DNA of 63,890 nt, the filler included, from Octopus bimaculoides (taxonomy: Eukaryota): assembly GCF_001194135.2 (NCBI RefSeq). It is 4 parts of 4 records of this genome, joined end to end, with 100 filler letters (N's around TTAATTAATTAA, not from the genome) between each part and the next. Parts side by side here need not be neighbours in the genome. Positions count along the whole stretch, not along the records: positions 20,209 to 29,622 come from NC_069002.1; positions 29,723 to 53,955 come from NC_069000.1; 2 more parts are not named here. The stretch is one strand, 5' to 3'. Under the pieces are notes generated by a model. It was not told where the DNA came from, searched no databases, and saw only the letters and a list, made by a program, of their open reading frames with translations. The translations under genes and the position numbers were made by a program. Every line of letters begins with the position of its first letter. Within the stretch, counting starts at the first letter, position 1. Shown here one piece after another: positions 23,952 to 37,130 of this stretch.

Positions 23952-24512
23952 TAACGTTGTAGAGTGGTTTGGAAATTCACTTCATAATCAAGGGATTCCA
24001 GGTTCAAATCTGGTGCATGTCACCTTGGGCAAGTAGCTTTTGCCAAAGGTCAAAAAATTCTATCCTGCAGCACACTATGTCACATTAATTATGTGATTCT
24101 GGATTATGCTAAAAGTACAAGTCTCTTTGGAATACTCATCCACTCACACCCTAATTTAGTGAGGCGGCAGTTCTGACTAGAATACTTGAAAGCTAAAACT
24201 GATCCCTTTATCTAACTCTGAGTGTGTACATGAAAATGTGAGCATATGTATGTGTGTGTGTATGCATGTGTGTGTGTGTGTGTGTGTAAACATCTGTGAG
24301 GTGTTTGCTGTTCCACTTAGCTGCAAGTTAGTTTTAGTACATCTGACTGCCAGGCTGTCTGTGTGTCCATCTGTTAACGGAAAAAGTCAATATTCTTTTG
24401 TTTCTCTATTTTTTTTTAATTGTTTTATCTTTTCAGAGATTTTCTTATCATTAACAAAGCCATACATACATAAATACATATGTATGTGTGTATGTGTATG
24501 TGCCTGTATACA

Positions 24513-24564
<52 letters not shown>

Positions 24565-25574
24565 TATATATCAGTGCCCCTGGANNNNNNNNNNNNNNNN
24601 NNNNNNNNNNNNNNNNNNNNNNNNNNNNNNNNNNNNNNNNNNNNNNNNNNNNNNNNNNNNNNNNNNNNNNNNNNNNNNNNNNNNNNNNNNNNNNNNNNNN
24701 NNNNNNNNNNNNNNNNNNNNNNNNNNNNNNNNNNNNNNNNNNNNNNNNNNNNNNNNNNNNNNNNNNNNNNNNNNNNNNNNNNNNNNNNNNNNNNNNNNNN
24801 NNNNNNNNNNNNNNNNNNNNNNNNNNNNNNNNNNNNNNNNNNNNNNNNNNNNNNNNNNNNNNNNNNNNNNNNNNNNNNNNNNNNNNNNNNNNNNNNNNNN
24901 NNNNNNNNNNNNNNNNNNNNNNNNNNNNNNNNNNNNNNNNNNNNNNNNNNNNNNNNNNNNNNNNNNNNNNNNNNNNNNNNNNNNNNNNNNNNNNNNNNNN
25001 NNNNNNNNNNNNNNNNNNNNNNNNNNNNNNNNNNNNNNNNNNNNNNNNNNNNNNNNNNNNNNNNNNNNNNNNNNNNNNNNNNNNNNNNNNNNNNNNNNNN
25101 NNNNNNNNNNNNNNNNNNNNNNNNNNNNNNNNNNNNNNNNNNNNNNNNNNNNNNNNNNNNNNNNNNNNNNNNNNNNNNNNNNNNNNNNNNNNNNNNNNNN
25201 NNNNNNNNNNNNNNNNNNNNNNNNNNNNNNNNNNNNNNNNNNNNNNNNNNNNNNNNNNNNNNNNNNNNNNNNNNNNNNNNNNNNNNNNNNNNNNNNNNNN
25301 NNNNNNNNNNNNNNNNNNNNNNNNNNNNNNNNNNNNNNNNNNNNNNNNNNNNNNNNNNNNNNNNNNNNNNNNNNNNNNNNNNNNNNNNNNNNNNNNNNNN
25401 NNNNNNNNNNNNNNNNNNNNNNNNNNNNNNNNNNNNNNNNNNNNNNNNNNNNNNNNNNNNNNNNNNNNNNNNNNNNNNNNNNNNNNNNNNNNNNNNNNNN
25501 NNNNNNNNNNNNNNNNNNNNNNNNNNNNNNNNNNNNNNNNNNNNNNNNNNNATATATATATATATATACACACA

Positions 25575-25972
25575 CATATATATATACGACAGGCTTCTTT
25601 CAGTTTCTGTCTACCAAATCCACTCACAAGGCTTTGGTTGGCCTGAGGCTATAGTAGAAGACACTTGTCCAAGGTTCCACGCAGTGGGACTGAACCCAGA
25701 ACCATGTGGTTGGGAAGCAAGCTACTTACCCCACAGCCACTCCTGCGCCTATAATGATTGATTAAAATCGAAAGTCAACCTCAGTGAGGTTTGAACCTGG
25801 GCACATACACCCACACAGAGACATACAATGAGCTTCATTCGATTTCTGCCTACCAAACCCACTTACAAAGCTTTGGTCAGCCCATAGAATTGTTGAAGAG
25901 ACTTGCCCAAAATGCCACACAGTGAGATTGAATCTGAGTTTGGAAGCAAACTTCTTTACCACACAGCCATAC

Positions 25973-25975
<3 letters not shown>
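25575..25975 (-). mobile_element. Two tandem SINE A 5' halves (antisense)
   Basis: Copies at about 25575-25748 and 25830-25975. Confidence 0.75.
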
Positions 25976-26016
<41 letters not shown>

Positions 26017-26732
26017 GTGTGTTTATATCAGACTATAATATATTATATCATATACATTCATACATACCTATGTACCTGTGTATGTCTGTGAATAATAAGT
26101 ACACACACATATACACAGACATAATTGTGTGTGTGTGTGTGTGTGTGATATATCTACTAACTGATAAATTTGAGTTTTCATAGATTAAGCTCTATTACTA
26201 CTGATATTTACTTCTGATAAATGTTTATCGTCGTTAAAGGTCACAATACAATCAGTGATATTTTTATGTGATAAATTGTTGCTCTTTGATATATTAGTGA
26301 GTCTACAGGACTACAGTATGTGTGACTAGATTGATACAATAGAAATACTGGCTCAGCACAATGACAGACAAAGCACCGTGATGTATTTCATTATCTCTCT
26401 CTGTGTTCTGGGTTCAAACCTCATCGAGGTCGACTTTCTATTTTAATCAATCATTAACTGCAATGGTGGTGATGTTTGTGACACATTCTAAGGTGAATAC
26501 TTCTGGGAATACGTCTGAACCTAATTGAAGTGGCAGCAGGGAGCAACTCTCTAAAGACAGGGGTAAGGTAAAGACTGTTTTATCAGTGCTGTCATTTAAC
26601 AAAAACAGTAACTGACCTTCACTAGGGTAATGGGATATGTTAAGGTTGTGAGTTCGATTCCTGGGAGCAAGATACTTTATTTCACATTGCCCCAGACTGT
26701 TCAACTGGCAAAAATGCGTTATATCTATATTT

Positions 26733-27160
26733 CAAAAGGCCAGCCTTGTCGCATTCTGTGTCATGCTGAATCTCCTTGAGAACTACTATAAGAGTACTTG
26801 TGTCTGTGGAGTGCTCAGCCACTTGCACATTAATTTCACGAGCAGGCTATTCCATTGATCGGATTATACCCGTATTTCAAAAGGTCAGCCTTGTCACATT
26901 TTATGTCATGCTGAATCTCCATCTACGTTTGTTTGTAAAGTGCTCAACTACTTCCACATTAATTTCAGGTTGTTTCATTGATTGGATTGTGCCTGTCTTT
27001 CAAAAGGCCAACCTTGTCGCAGTCACACTCTGTGCCATGCTGAATCTTGTGAACTATGTTAAGGATACACCTGTCTATAGAGTGCTCAACTACTTCCACA
27101 TTAATTTCATGCTGCAGGCTGATCTGTTGATTGGATCAACTGAAACCTTCAACGCCATAA
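26733..27160 (+). repeat. Three degenerate ~120-145-bp tandem units downstream of a tRNA-like head
   Basis: Repeated AAAGGYCARCCTTGTCRCA...ATGCTGAATCT...GAGTGCTCA.C.ACTT.CACATTAATTTCA; B-box-like GAGTTCGATTCC near 26650. Confidence 0.7.
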
Positions 27161-27739
27161 TGGCCAGAATGCCAGTTGTAGTATTTGACTTTAGATGTTT
27201 CAACATTTCTCCCATTTTCTTCCTTCCTCTTTCTCTTGCTTCTCCTTCACTCTATCTGTATGTGTATATTTCTGCATGTGTGTGCTGTTCACCTCCAGTG
27301 CCAAAAAGCACTATCACAAAAACAGGTTCAATGTCCAGTAAACTGTTTCCAAACAGCCAGATCCACTCATCTCATTCCGGTCAGCAGCAGTTCTCCAAAG
27401 ACAGGGTTAAATTAATGACTTTTAGATCAGTGCTATATTTACCAAAAAACAACAACTGACCCTTATTTGTTTGCTCTCTTTTAATTGCTAACCTAATTCA
27501 CTTTAATTAGGGGGTCTCTGCTGGCTAATATTAATCATACCTCTATATGTATGTGATGGCCTGGGCAAGATTTTTTTCTAAAAAGCTGGTAGCTGCTCAT
27601 GCATGAAAGTCCACCCTTTCCATGCCACCAATGTTTATCCAAATAGCGTTTACCATTTTCTTTTTAATTCCTAAAGATTGATCAATTGAAAATATAGTGA
27701 ATAACCACTTAAAAGCTTTGTCAGAGTCCAACAAATCAA

Positions 27740-27815
<76 letters not shown>

Positions 27816-28183
27816 NNNNNNNNNNNNNNNNNNNNNNNNNNNNNNNNNNNNNNNNNNNNNNNNNNNNNNNNNNNNNNNNNNNNNNNNNNNNNNNNNNNNN
27901 NNNNNNNNNNNNNNNNNNNNNNNNNNNNNNNNNNNNNNNNNNNNNNNNNNNNNNNNNNNNNNNNNNNNNNNNNNNNNNNNNNNNNNNNNNNNNNNNNNNN
28001 NNNNNNNNNNNNNNNNNNNNNNNNNNNNNNNNNNNNNNNNNNNNNNNNNNNNNNNNNNNNNNNNNNNNNNNNNNNNNNNNNNNNNNNNNNNNNNNNNNNN
28101 NNNNNNNNNNNNNNNNNNNNNNNNNNNNNNNNNNNNNNNNNNNNNNNNNNNNNNNNNNNNNNNNNNNNNNNNNNNNNNNNNNN

Positions 28184-28225
<42 letters not shown>

Positions 28226-28235
28226 TGTGTATTTG

Positions 28236-28422
28236 AGGTACCATTGGTTTTATGTTAAGAAAATATCTCAGCAATTCTTCAAGCCAATCACACAGAAAAA
28301 TTGGTATTTGTCTCCACTTTGGAGTGTTTTTATCCAAAATGGAGGTGAACACCAATTTTACTATGTGATCGGCTTTAAGAACTGTTGAGATAGTTTCTTA
28401 ACATGACACCAATGCTAGCCTT
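28236..28422. mobile_element. Foldback MITE (imperfect ~88-bp arms)
   Basis: AGGTACCATTGGTTTTATGTTAAGAAAATATCTCA... versus the inverse of ...TGAGATAGTTTCTTAACATGACACCAATGCTAGCCTT. Confidence 0.75.
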
Positions 28423-29062
28423 AATGCACTTATAAAGAATCTTTATCCACCAATGCAGTGTTGAGCAATCATTTTCATTGTTCACTATTTACATTTATAT
28501 GTATGTATATATGTACGTACATACACACATATGTATGTATAAACTAATGTAACACTTAATAGTACAATGCTCCTGGTGTGAAATGATGTTTCAGTTTTAA
28601 CTCAGTCCTGATTAAGTAGATCTTTAATCAAAGACATTTACTTTCAGCTGTAGCCATCTGTTGTTCAAACCCAGGGAAGCTTTGATCAAGCAGATCAAAC
28701 ACAAGCTGTGACCATCTGTCCTTTTTTTTAAAGGCATAGTCTATCCAATTGCGTTTGGTTTGAGGTAGATTTGACTTCTATTTTTAGCAGGTTGAATGAC
28801 CACATTGAAGCTCAATGCTTCTTCGTCTCTGCTGTGATCTCTGTTATTCCATGGTGCTTTTGTAATTCTAGAGCATCTTGGCCAACAGAGAGACTTGGAT
28901 GTTTTGATCCTGGAGGGAAGTAGAGCCCCATCTTTCTTTTATCTTCTGTCAGTCATTGGACTGTGGTCATGCTGAGGCACCAGCTTGAAGGGCTTAGTTG
29001 CCCAAATCAACACGAGTACTTATTGTTTTTTAAGTCTGATACCTGTTCTATCAGGATCTTTT

Positions 29063-29098
29063 GCGTTACGTTTCGAGCATAGCTCTTCTTCAGAAACA
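29063..29098 (-). ncRNA. Minimal hammerhead ribozyme motif
   Basis: TGTTT-CTGAAGA-A-GAGC-tat-GCTC-GAAA-CGT-A-ACGCA; perfect stem II, palindromic ACGT stem III, GUA triplet; stem I has one mismatch and one wobble. Confidence 0.65.
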
Positions 29099-29140
29099 GG
29101 AAACATTGGAAAATCCAAAGAAAAAGGAAGAAGGATGAAA

Positions 29141-29173
<33 letters not shown>

Positions 29174-30582
29174 AACATATACTTTACGTATATAATGATG
29201 GGCTTCCATACAGTTTCCATCTACCAAATTTACTCACAAGGTATTGGTTAACTCAGTGCTATAGTAGACTCTTGTCCAAGATGCCACACAGTAGGTCTGA
29301 ACCCAAAGCTACATAGTTGCAAAGCAAGCTTCTGAAAGCATCCAGCCATGACGGCACCTGATGCTTATGGAAAAATTGATGATATTCCATCCAAATTACT
29401 ATTGGTTTGGCACATCAGTTCAAAGAATTCTGTGATTCCAAAGAATACTTTCTCATTAATTCTTAGCAATTAAAAATGGACTTGTCATGGAAGTTCACAG
29501 TTGGTTATTCAAGACACATATCCCGCAGTAAATATACCGGAATCAACTATCATTGGCTGATTCATGTTTTCAAAGAAAGAATTCTTTGGTTTACGGTCAA
29601 TTTTTTTTTTTTTTTTTTTTTTNNNNNNNNNNNNNNNNNNNNNNNNNNNNNNNNNNNNNNNNNNNNTTAATTAATTAANNNNNNNNNNNNNNNNNNNNNN
29701 NNNNNNNNNNNNNNNNNNNNNNTATATATATATATATATATATAGGAGAAGAAAATGGATGTAAATAACAAGGAGAAACTCGTCGTTTTCGCTGGTATGC
29801 CTTTAATTTCATTAATAAAGAAGGTAGTATTTACGATCGTTTCAATTTACTAGCAAAGGACTGTACCTACTCAGGTAATCACCAGGAGCGTCTTTGGATT
29901 TAATTATCTCTTAGAGGTGTTCAACTCCTCTAACTGATACCTACACAATATATATATATATAGGGCGGGGTTCTTTCAATTTCCGCCTACTAAATCAAGG
30001 CTTTGGTCGGCCCAAGTCTTATAGTAGAAAACACTTGTCCAAGGTGCCACGCAGTAGAACCGAACCTTGAAACTTATGGTCGGGAAGCAAATTTCTTCAA
30101 TTATCGGATGTACTGGTTGGCAGTACACCCGGTAGTACAATCACTTGGTTGCCAAATAAATGTCTTAATCATACTACCATGACTTTGCTGACTTGTAACT
30201 TATTTCATTTTCATCTGCAAGAGGAGAAAATAAAATAGAATAAAATAAAAAAAAGATGAAAGCGGACAAGGAACATGATTAGATGTTGTGAACTCAGACC
30301 ATAAATGAAGACAATAATATGCTGCAAGATATTCATTTCTGATAAAAGGAGAGAATAGTGTGATGTGAGCAAAGAAAGCGTGGCAACAAGGAAAATTGTG
30401 TCACATATTTTGAATGTAAGGTGTATGCCAAGGTGTAATTATGTATATGGAATTATTGATTTTAGGAATATTGAATCTTTTATGTTGTACGTTCGGCATC
30501 TTTGGCTTCATATTCCGATTCTGATTCTGTCTGGAAATCACAAACACGAAGCCTATATCTGTATGACTCGTTGTGTGTGAGT

Positions 30583-30635
<53 letters not shown>

Positions 30636-31239
30636 CGTGTGTGTGTGCGTATGTGTGTGTATGTCTATTTATGTATTAGTATGCCTCGGTATATATTTCT
30701 AAGCTCGCGCTCACACACACACACACACATACACACACAAAAAAGACACACACACACACAAGCACACACACACACACACACACACAGACACACACACAAA
30801 CACACATACAAACTCGTACACACACTATTGATATATCACCAAAATTAGTTTGGTACCCAAAAGGTGATATTTGAATAGATATCCGGTTTCGTCCTGGTTC
30901 CAAAGTTTTTTTTCCAGTGTCAAGAGGTTTCATGCCAATTCGATAGTAAAAAAACAATTGTCACAAGGTACTTCCTGTTGGCAGATGACTCACCGCTCAA
31001 TGCCGGCTCACAACTTGACATGTACCACGTCATTGATAATTTTCACCACAGCAGACAAATGCACGGTTTTACTTTCAGTATGAAACGTAAACTGCAGTAT
31101 CTGTGGTGTCAATCTATTTTACGTTTCTCTTTGTTCTATTCTATATCTCCATTGGGCATCCAATGTTAACTTGTATTTGTTTTACGTGTGAAATTTCCGT
31201 ATCGAATTTATCTTTAAATGTTATCTTTTAATTGTTATA

Positions 31240-31600
31240 AAGTTTTGAATACGGCCATGCTGGAGTACCGCCTTGAAGGAATTTGTTTTATAAAATAACA
31301 CCAGAACTTGTTTTTTAAAAAAAATCCTGGTACCCAATCTATCGGCTCCTTTTGTCGAAGTGCTAGTTTAAGGGGACTTAAACTAAAACCAGTTGTCAAG
31401 CAGAAGAGAGATGGGGAGGGCAGAAACACAAAGACTCGCACTTAGAAACACACACATATACGATGGGTTTCTTTCAGTTCCATCAACCGATTCCATTCAC
31501 AAGTCTCTAGTGCTGCAGTACAAGACACCTGTCACACCATAGGACTGAACTGTGGCCCATTTGGTTTGGAGTCAAATTTCTTACTACACAGTCACGCCTT
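31240..31600 (-). mobile_element. SINE family A (degenerate, antisense)
   Basis: GGCCATGCTGGAGTACCGCC... through ...TTACTACACAGTCACGCC. Confidence 0.65.
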
Positions 31601-31830
31601 CGTCTAATGAATGAAAACTTTAAAGCTCGTCTATGAAGGGATTTCACTACAGATATTTTGTATGTATAAGGACATTCATTATGATCATGCATATGTAATA
31701 ATTTGTCTGTTTGTAAACCGCTGTGTTATGTGTTATTACTAGTTACTAGTCTATATCTAAGAATGGCAGGTGGGGGCGTGTTGCGGTTTGAGTTTATGAT
31801 AGAGCTGTGTTGGAATGCAAATACAGTTTA

Positions 31831-31947
<117 letters not shown>

Positions 31948-33460
31948 TGCACACATATGTATGACACAAAATCAGACTAGTTGTCAAGATCCGGAATACA
32001 AAACCAACACCTTGAATATCAGAACCATTAAAACCAATGTCCACTCTATTATCACCACTAGTAACTGAATCAACGACAGCAACAATGCATTCCATATCCT
32101 TAATAACCACTAACAAAGCCTTTGTCGCCATTACTACCACTACGACGGCCAACGTAACCATAACAAATTCGCCCACACTATGACGGCCAATGCACCCACC
32201 AGAAAAACAAGCGACATTCGTCTATTCATTATAAGGACAAAGACGCCGTTACTACCATCATCTCTGCTAGAAAATACCACATCACCTATTCACCATTACG
32301 TCCATGCAAATCACCACCGCCACCACCACTACCACCATACCACCGCCACCACCACTACCACCACCACTGCCGCCGCCGCCGCCACCACTATTGCCACCAC
32401 CATCACCACCAGCATCAGCGCCACCGCCGCCACCACCACCACCACCACGGCCTCCTTTTTCTCTGCTTTACCTCCTCTTCATCTTCCTTCAGNNNNNNNN
32501 NNNNNNNNNNNNNNNNNNNNNNNNNNNNNNNNNNNNNNNNNNNNNNNNNNNNNNNNNNNNNNNNNNNNNNNNNNNNNNNNNNNNNNNNNNNNNNNNNNNN
32601 NNNNNNNNNNNNNNNNNNNNNNNNNNNNNNNNNNNNNNNNNNNNNNNNNNNNNNNNNNNNNNNNNNNNNNNNNNNNNNNNNNNNNNNNNNNNNNNNNNNN
32701 NNNNNNNNNNNNNNNNNNNNNNNNNNNNNNNNNNNNNNNNNNNNNNNNNNNNNNNNNNNNNNNNNNNNNNNNNNNNNNNNNNNNNNNNNNNNNNNNNNNN
32801 NNNNNNNNNNNNNNNNNNNNNNNNNNNNNNNNNNNNNNNNNNNNNNNNNNNNNNNNNNNNNNNNNNNNNNNNNNNNNNNNNNNNNNNNNNNNNNNNNNNN
32901 NNNNNNNNNNNNNNNNNNNNNNNNNNNNNNNNNNNNNNNNNNNNNNNNNNNNNNNNNNNNNNNNNNNNNNNNNNNNNNNNNNNNNNNNNNNNNNNNNNNN
33001 NNNNNNNNNNNNNNNNNNNNNNNNNNNNNNNNNNNNNNNNNNNNNNNNNNNNNNNNNNNNNNNNNNNNNNNNNNNNNNNNNNNNNNNNNNNNNNNNNNNN
33101 NNNNNNNNNNNNNNNNNNNNNNNNNNNNNNNNNNNNNNNNNNNNNNNNNNNNNNNNNNNNNNNNNNNNNNNNNNNNNNNNNNNNNNNNNNNNNNNNNNNN
33201 NNNNNNNNNNNNNNNNNNNNNNNNNNNNNNNATATATATATCGAGGTTATGAGAGGTAATGGTGTCAAGAAGACCCAAAAGTGTCATGTAATGCTGAGTA
33301 AGTGCTATGGACAGACTATAGTGAAGCTCCAGGTTCGATGATTATACGAATGAGGAGTCCAACGTAGGTCCTATATCAGCATGCGTGTATATAAAAAAAT
33401 GAACAGAATGAGATAAAAATCCAAACCATTGAATGTTTTCAGAACATTTATAAAGAGAAG

Positions 33461-33508
33461 GTCTTACAACTGTTTCCAGGATATTTTATATATCACTTCA
33501 TCAGAGAC
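33461..33508 (-). ncRNA. Type I minimal hammerhead ribozyme motif
   Basis: GTCT-CTGATGA-AGT-GATAT-ataaa-ATATC-CTG-GAAA-CAGTTG-TA-AGAC; same stem I, stem III and triplet as the 19492 motif but a short stem II with a weak base. Confidence 0.65.
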
Positions 33509-33559
33509 GGTGCGAGAAAATGTTTAAGTAAAAGTTGTTATAGAGAAGATATAAAATAC

Positions 33560-34236
33560 AGATTTGAATGAAATTTGCTTGTCGCTTCTCCGTAACCAGA
33601 CCGATCCATTTCTCGACCGTGTAGTGACTTGCGATGAAAACTGGATTATGTACAATAACAAAAATCTTTCTTCGTAGTGGTTGAATCAAAATGAAACACC
33701 AAAATCCTTCCCTGAACCTTCAAAAGGAAAGTTATGGTGACCGTTTGGTGGTTTGCTACTGAAAACCACTAATGCAGAAACATATTGCCATAAAATGGCC
33801 AAAATGAACAGAAAACTGCTACTCTTCCGTCTAAGACTGGTTGACAGAAGAGGGCCAATCATTCTTCATGACAATGCACAACCACACGTTTCACTAATGA
33901 CGCTCCAGAAGTTGATGGAACTTGGCTACGAAGTTCTTCTGCCAGATTATTCCCCAGACCTTACTCTTACGGACTATCACGTTGTCAGGCTCTGTGACGG
34001 TTTCCTGTGAGAGATGGAGTTAAAAAATCAAACCAAGGCTGAAAGTGCGTTCAAAGAGTTCATCAGCTCCTGAACTCCAGATTTTATATAACCGAAATAA
34101 ACAAACTTGTAACTCGTTGGCAAAAATGTGTTGATTGTAATGATACTTAATTTGATGATTAAAATTTTCGCCTTGTTGAAATATATTGTTATGAATTTCA
34201 TGTTTCAAAGCGAGCTTATTTTTTACTCAGCCTGTA
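33560..34236 (+). mobile_element. Mariner (DD34D-type) transposase pseudogene
   Basis: FLDRVVTCDENWIMYNN, then GPIILHDNAQPHVSLMTLQKLMELGYEVLLPDYSPDLTLTDYH; frameshifts and stops; ends ...TTACTCAGCCTGTA. Confidence 0.85.
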
Positions 34237-34474
34237 TTTAATAGGGATTTAAATTCAAAGAGTTTATCAATGGTCTCATTTCAGATGGTAAAATGGGTAT
34301 CTATATTTTTGTAGTGATACTTAATATATAGTTAAATACTAATACCCCATTATTAGGTTCGCAAGAACTGGGGCTACTTTTATTCCCATCGCGATTCCAT
34401 ATTTGTCTCGTCAGCGGGTGTCCTGAAATAGAAAGTAATGGTTCTGCAGGATAAATTATCAAGTTAAAATCCAA

Positions 34475-34510
<36 letters not shown>

Positions 34511-35941
34511 ACCCGTGCACACACACACACACACACACACACATAAAAGTTTGAACGTTCTACAGAGATTCTTCGCAAACGTATTTGCAAGCACACGTAC
34601 GTGCATTAATCCGTACATATACACATGCACATATCAATACATACACACATACATACGCACATGCATACATACATTCAAAAGTGCATACACTCTTACCTGG
34701 ATATATATGACCAAAATTTGTTGTAAAATGCGTTTATGAAAATACATTAATGACCAAACAACTGGAATGAAATTTTCATAATACTGAACATGAGTTTTAG
34801 TAGGAAATTAGATTATGTCAGTGTTGCATATACTGCAGCTAAATTGGGTGCTGCTGCTACTGCTACTACTTCTACCACTGCTATTACTGCTGTACGTAGG
34901 TATAACTATATCAAGAACACGACCTACTTTTGGTATATTGGCAGGTTCAAAGAACCTATGGTGTTATTAAAGGAAGACATAGAGAAGAAGAAAGATAGAG
35001 AGAAAGAGAGAGAACGAGAGAGAGAGAGAAAAATAGAGAGTGAGAGGAAGAGTGAGGGAGAGAGAGAAAGTGTGTGTGTGTCTGAGTGCATCCGTTAAAG
35101 AGAATCTCTAAGTGAAACACATAGTGATGTATAGATACAAAAGTAATAAATTTATAGGTGGAGAGAGAAAGAGAGAAAAAGAGAGGCAGAGCATACGTTA
35201 CATATTGAATGAAAGATGAAGTAAATGGGAGAAAGGAAGGCGAAAAGCGAATAATGCATGTCAAGGTGTGTGGAAATAGATTTCATTATGGACATAAAAT
35301 TGTACAAGTTATATTCCGTTGAAAGAGATCAAAGATTGTTGCGCATGTTTATATATGCATATAAATATGAATGCGTTTGAATATATATGTATACATACAT
35401 GCATACATACATACATANNNNNNNNNNNNNNNNNNNNNNNNNNNNNNNNNNNNNNNNNNNNNNNNNNNNNNNNNNNNNNNNNNNNNNNNNNNNNNNNNNN
35501 NNNNNNNNNNNNNNNNNNNNNNNNNNNNNNNNNNNNNNNNNNNNNNNNNNNNNNNNNNNNNNNNNNNNNNNNNNNNNNNNNNNNNNNNNNNNNNNNNNNN
35601 NNNNNNNNNNNNNNNNNNNNNNNNNNNNNNNNNNNNNNNNNNNNNNNNNNNNNNNNNNNNNNNNNNNNNNNNNNNNNNNNNNNNNNNNNNNNNNNNNNNN
35701 NNNNNNNNNNNNNNNNNNNNNNNNNNNNNNNNNNNNNNNNNNNNNNNNNNNNNNNNNNNNNNNNNNNNNNNNNNNNNNNNNNNNNNNNNNNNNNNNNNNN
35801 NNNNNNNNNNNNNNNNNNNNNNNNNNNNNNNNNNNNNNNNNNNNNNNNNNNNNNNNNNNNNNNNNNNNNNNNNNNNNNNNNNNNNNNNNNNNNNNNNNNN
35901 NNNNNNNNNNNNNNNNNNNNNNNNNNNNNNNNNNNNNNNNN

Positions 35942-35981
<40 letters not shown>

Positions 35982-36129
35982 ACGCTGTCTCTGTATAGAG
36001 GAAAGAGAATGTATATATGGTGTGAGAGGTATTTGAGAACATAATCCGTAATTTTATGAAACAGCTCTAATCTAACAGAAAACAAACGTAAATTAATAAA
36101 ACGTTGTATACATATTTCCAATAAGCTTT

Positions 36130-37130
36130 CTTATTAGATTCTTCTATGAATTCATCTGCAGCTTCGATGACTTCATCGGATCAAAATCGTTGATACGCTT
36201 GCACAAAATGGCCCGTGTGACATAGCCTAGACAATGGAGGACTTCAGCGAATCTATGATACTATGAAGCTGTCTGTTATCCTCCTTTTCAACAACACTTT
36301 AGTCATAGTGGTCCACGGCCTTAAAACTTGGGGAGTTTGGAGGTCACAAGTTTGGTCTTACGTGCTCGTAATGATAGTCTGGCATCTATTTTTGGGTTAC
36401 GTGAGCCTTGTGAGGCAGTGCTGAGTCTTGTTGAAACACATAGTTTTCCACTTCATACATCCAGGGCTTAACTCTCTCCTGCACCTCAGCGCATCCAGTT
36501 GCATTAATTCCGAGGCCATGTGGAAAGATGTGCGTTGGTATGATATTACCATCATTACTTACCATTCAGAAAATAATCACAGATGCTAGAAATTTAACGT
36601 GCATCATTCTCTGACATTAGAAGGATCTGCATATAATCATCAGTCATTTCTTCTCTTCTGCTATTAGACCTTGGTCGTAGTCTTTTTTCATCATAGAAAA
36701 TCCAAAACATGCCATGTTCCAGAGAGTTTTAAATGTTGGTAAGTAGCCGCTTGATACGGATCAAACGGTTTTTCTGTCTTTACAAACATAGATTGATCTC
36801 TTCTCGCAAAGACATTCGGAATGTACCGAATATATACATACACCATTGTTCTAATAGTCCACTCTGGCATCTGAAGTTTTTTAGCGATGGTTCTCATTAT
36901 TTTTCGGAATCATCATCGGTTATTTTTTGAACCTGAGTGATGAACTGCAGTATCTGAACGCTTAGAATGTTTTTCTCTTTGATACATTTGTAACAGTTTC
37001 GCCAGATGCTTCCAACTCGACCTGAATTTTATGTTTTTCTTTGTTTTGTTGGTGAGGTAGTTATGGATTTCTTTTTCTCAATAATTTGATCTTTTATACA
37101 TTTAATATTTTGTCTTTCTTTTCTCCCTGT
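36130..37130 (-). mobile_element. Second DD37D (maT-type) transposase pseudogene
   Basis: Minus strand: MRTIAKKLQMPEWTIR..., WIFYDEK, YVFQQDSALPH...L*PPNSPSFKAVD (37 residues between Asp 2 and 3); multiple stops. Confidence 0.8.

Noticed and set aside
26776-27459. 227-aa ORF
   Set aside because: Mostly spans three degenerate tandem units of a repeat; internal repetition and no recognisable domain.
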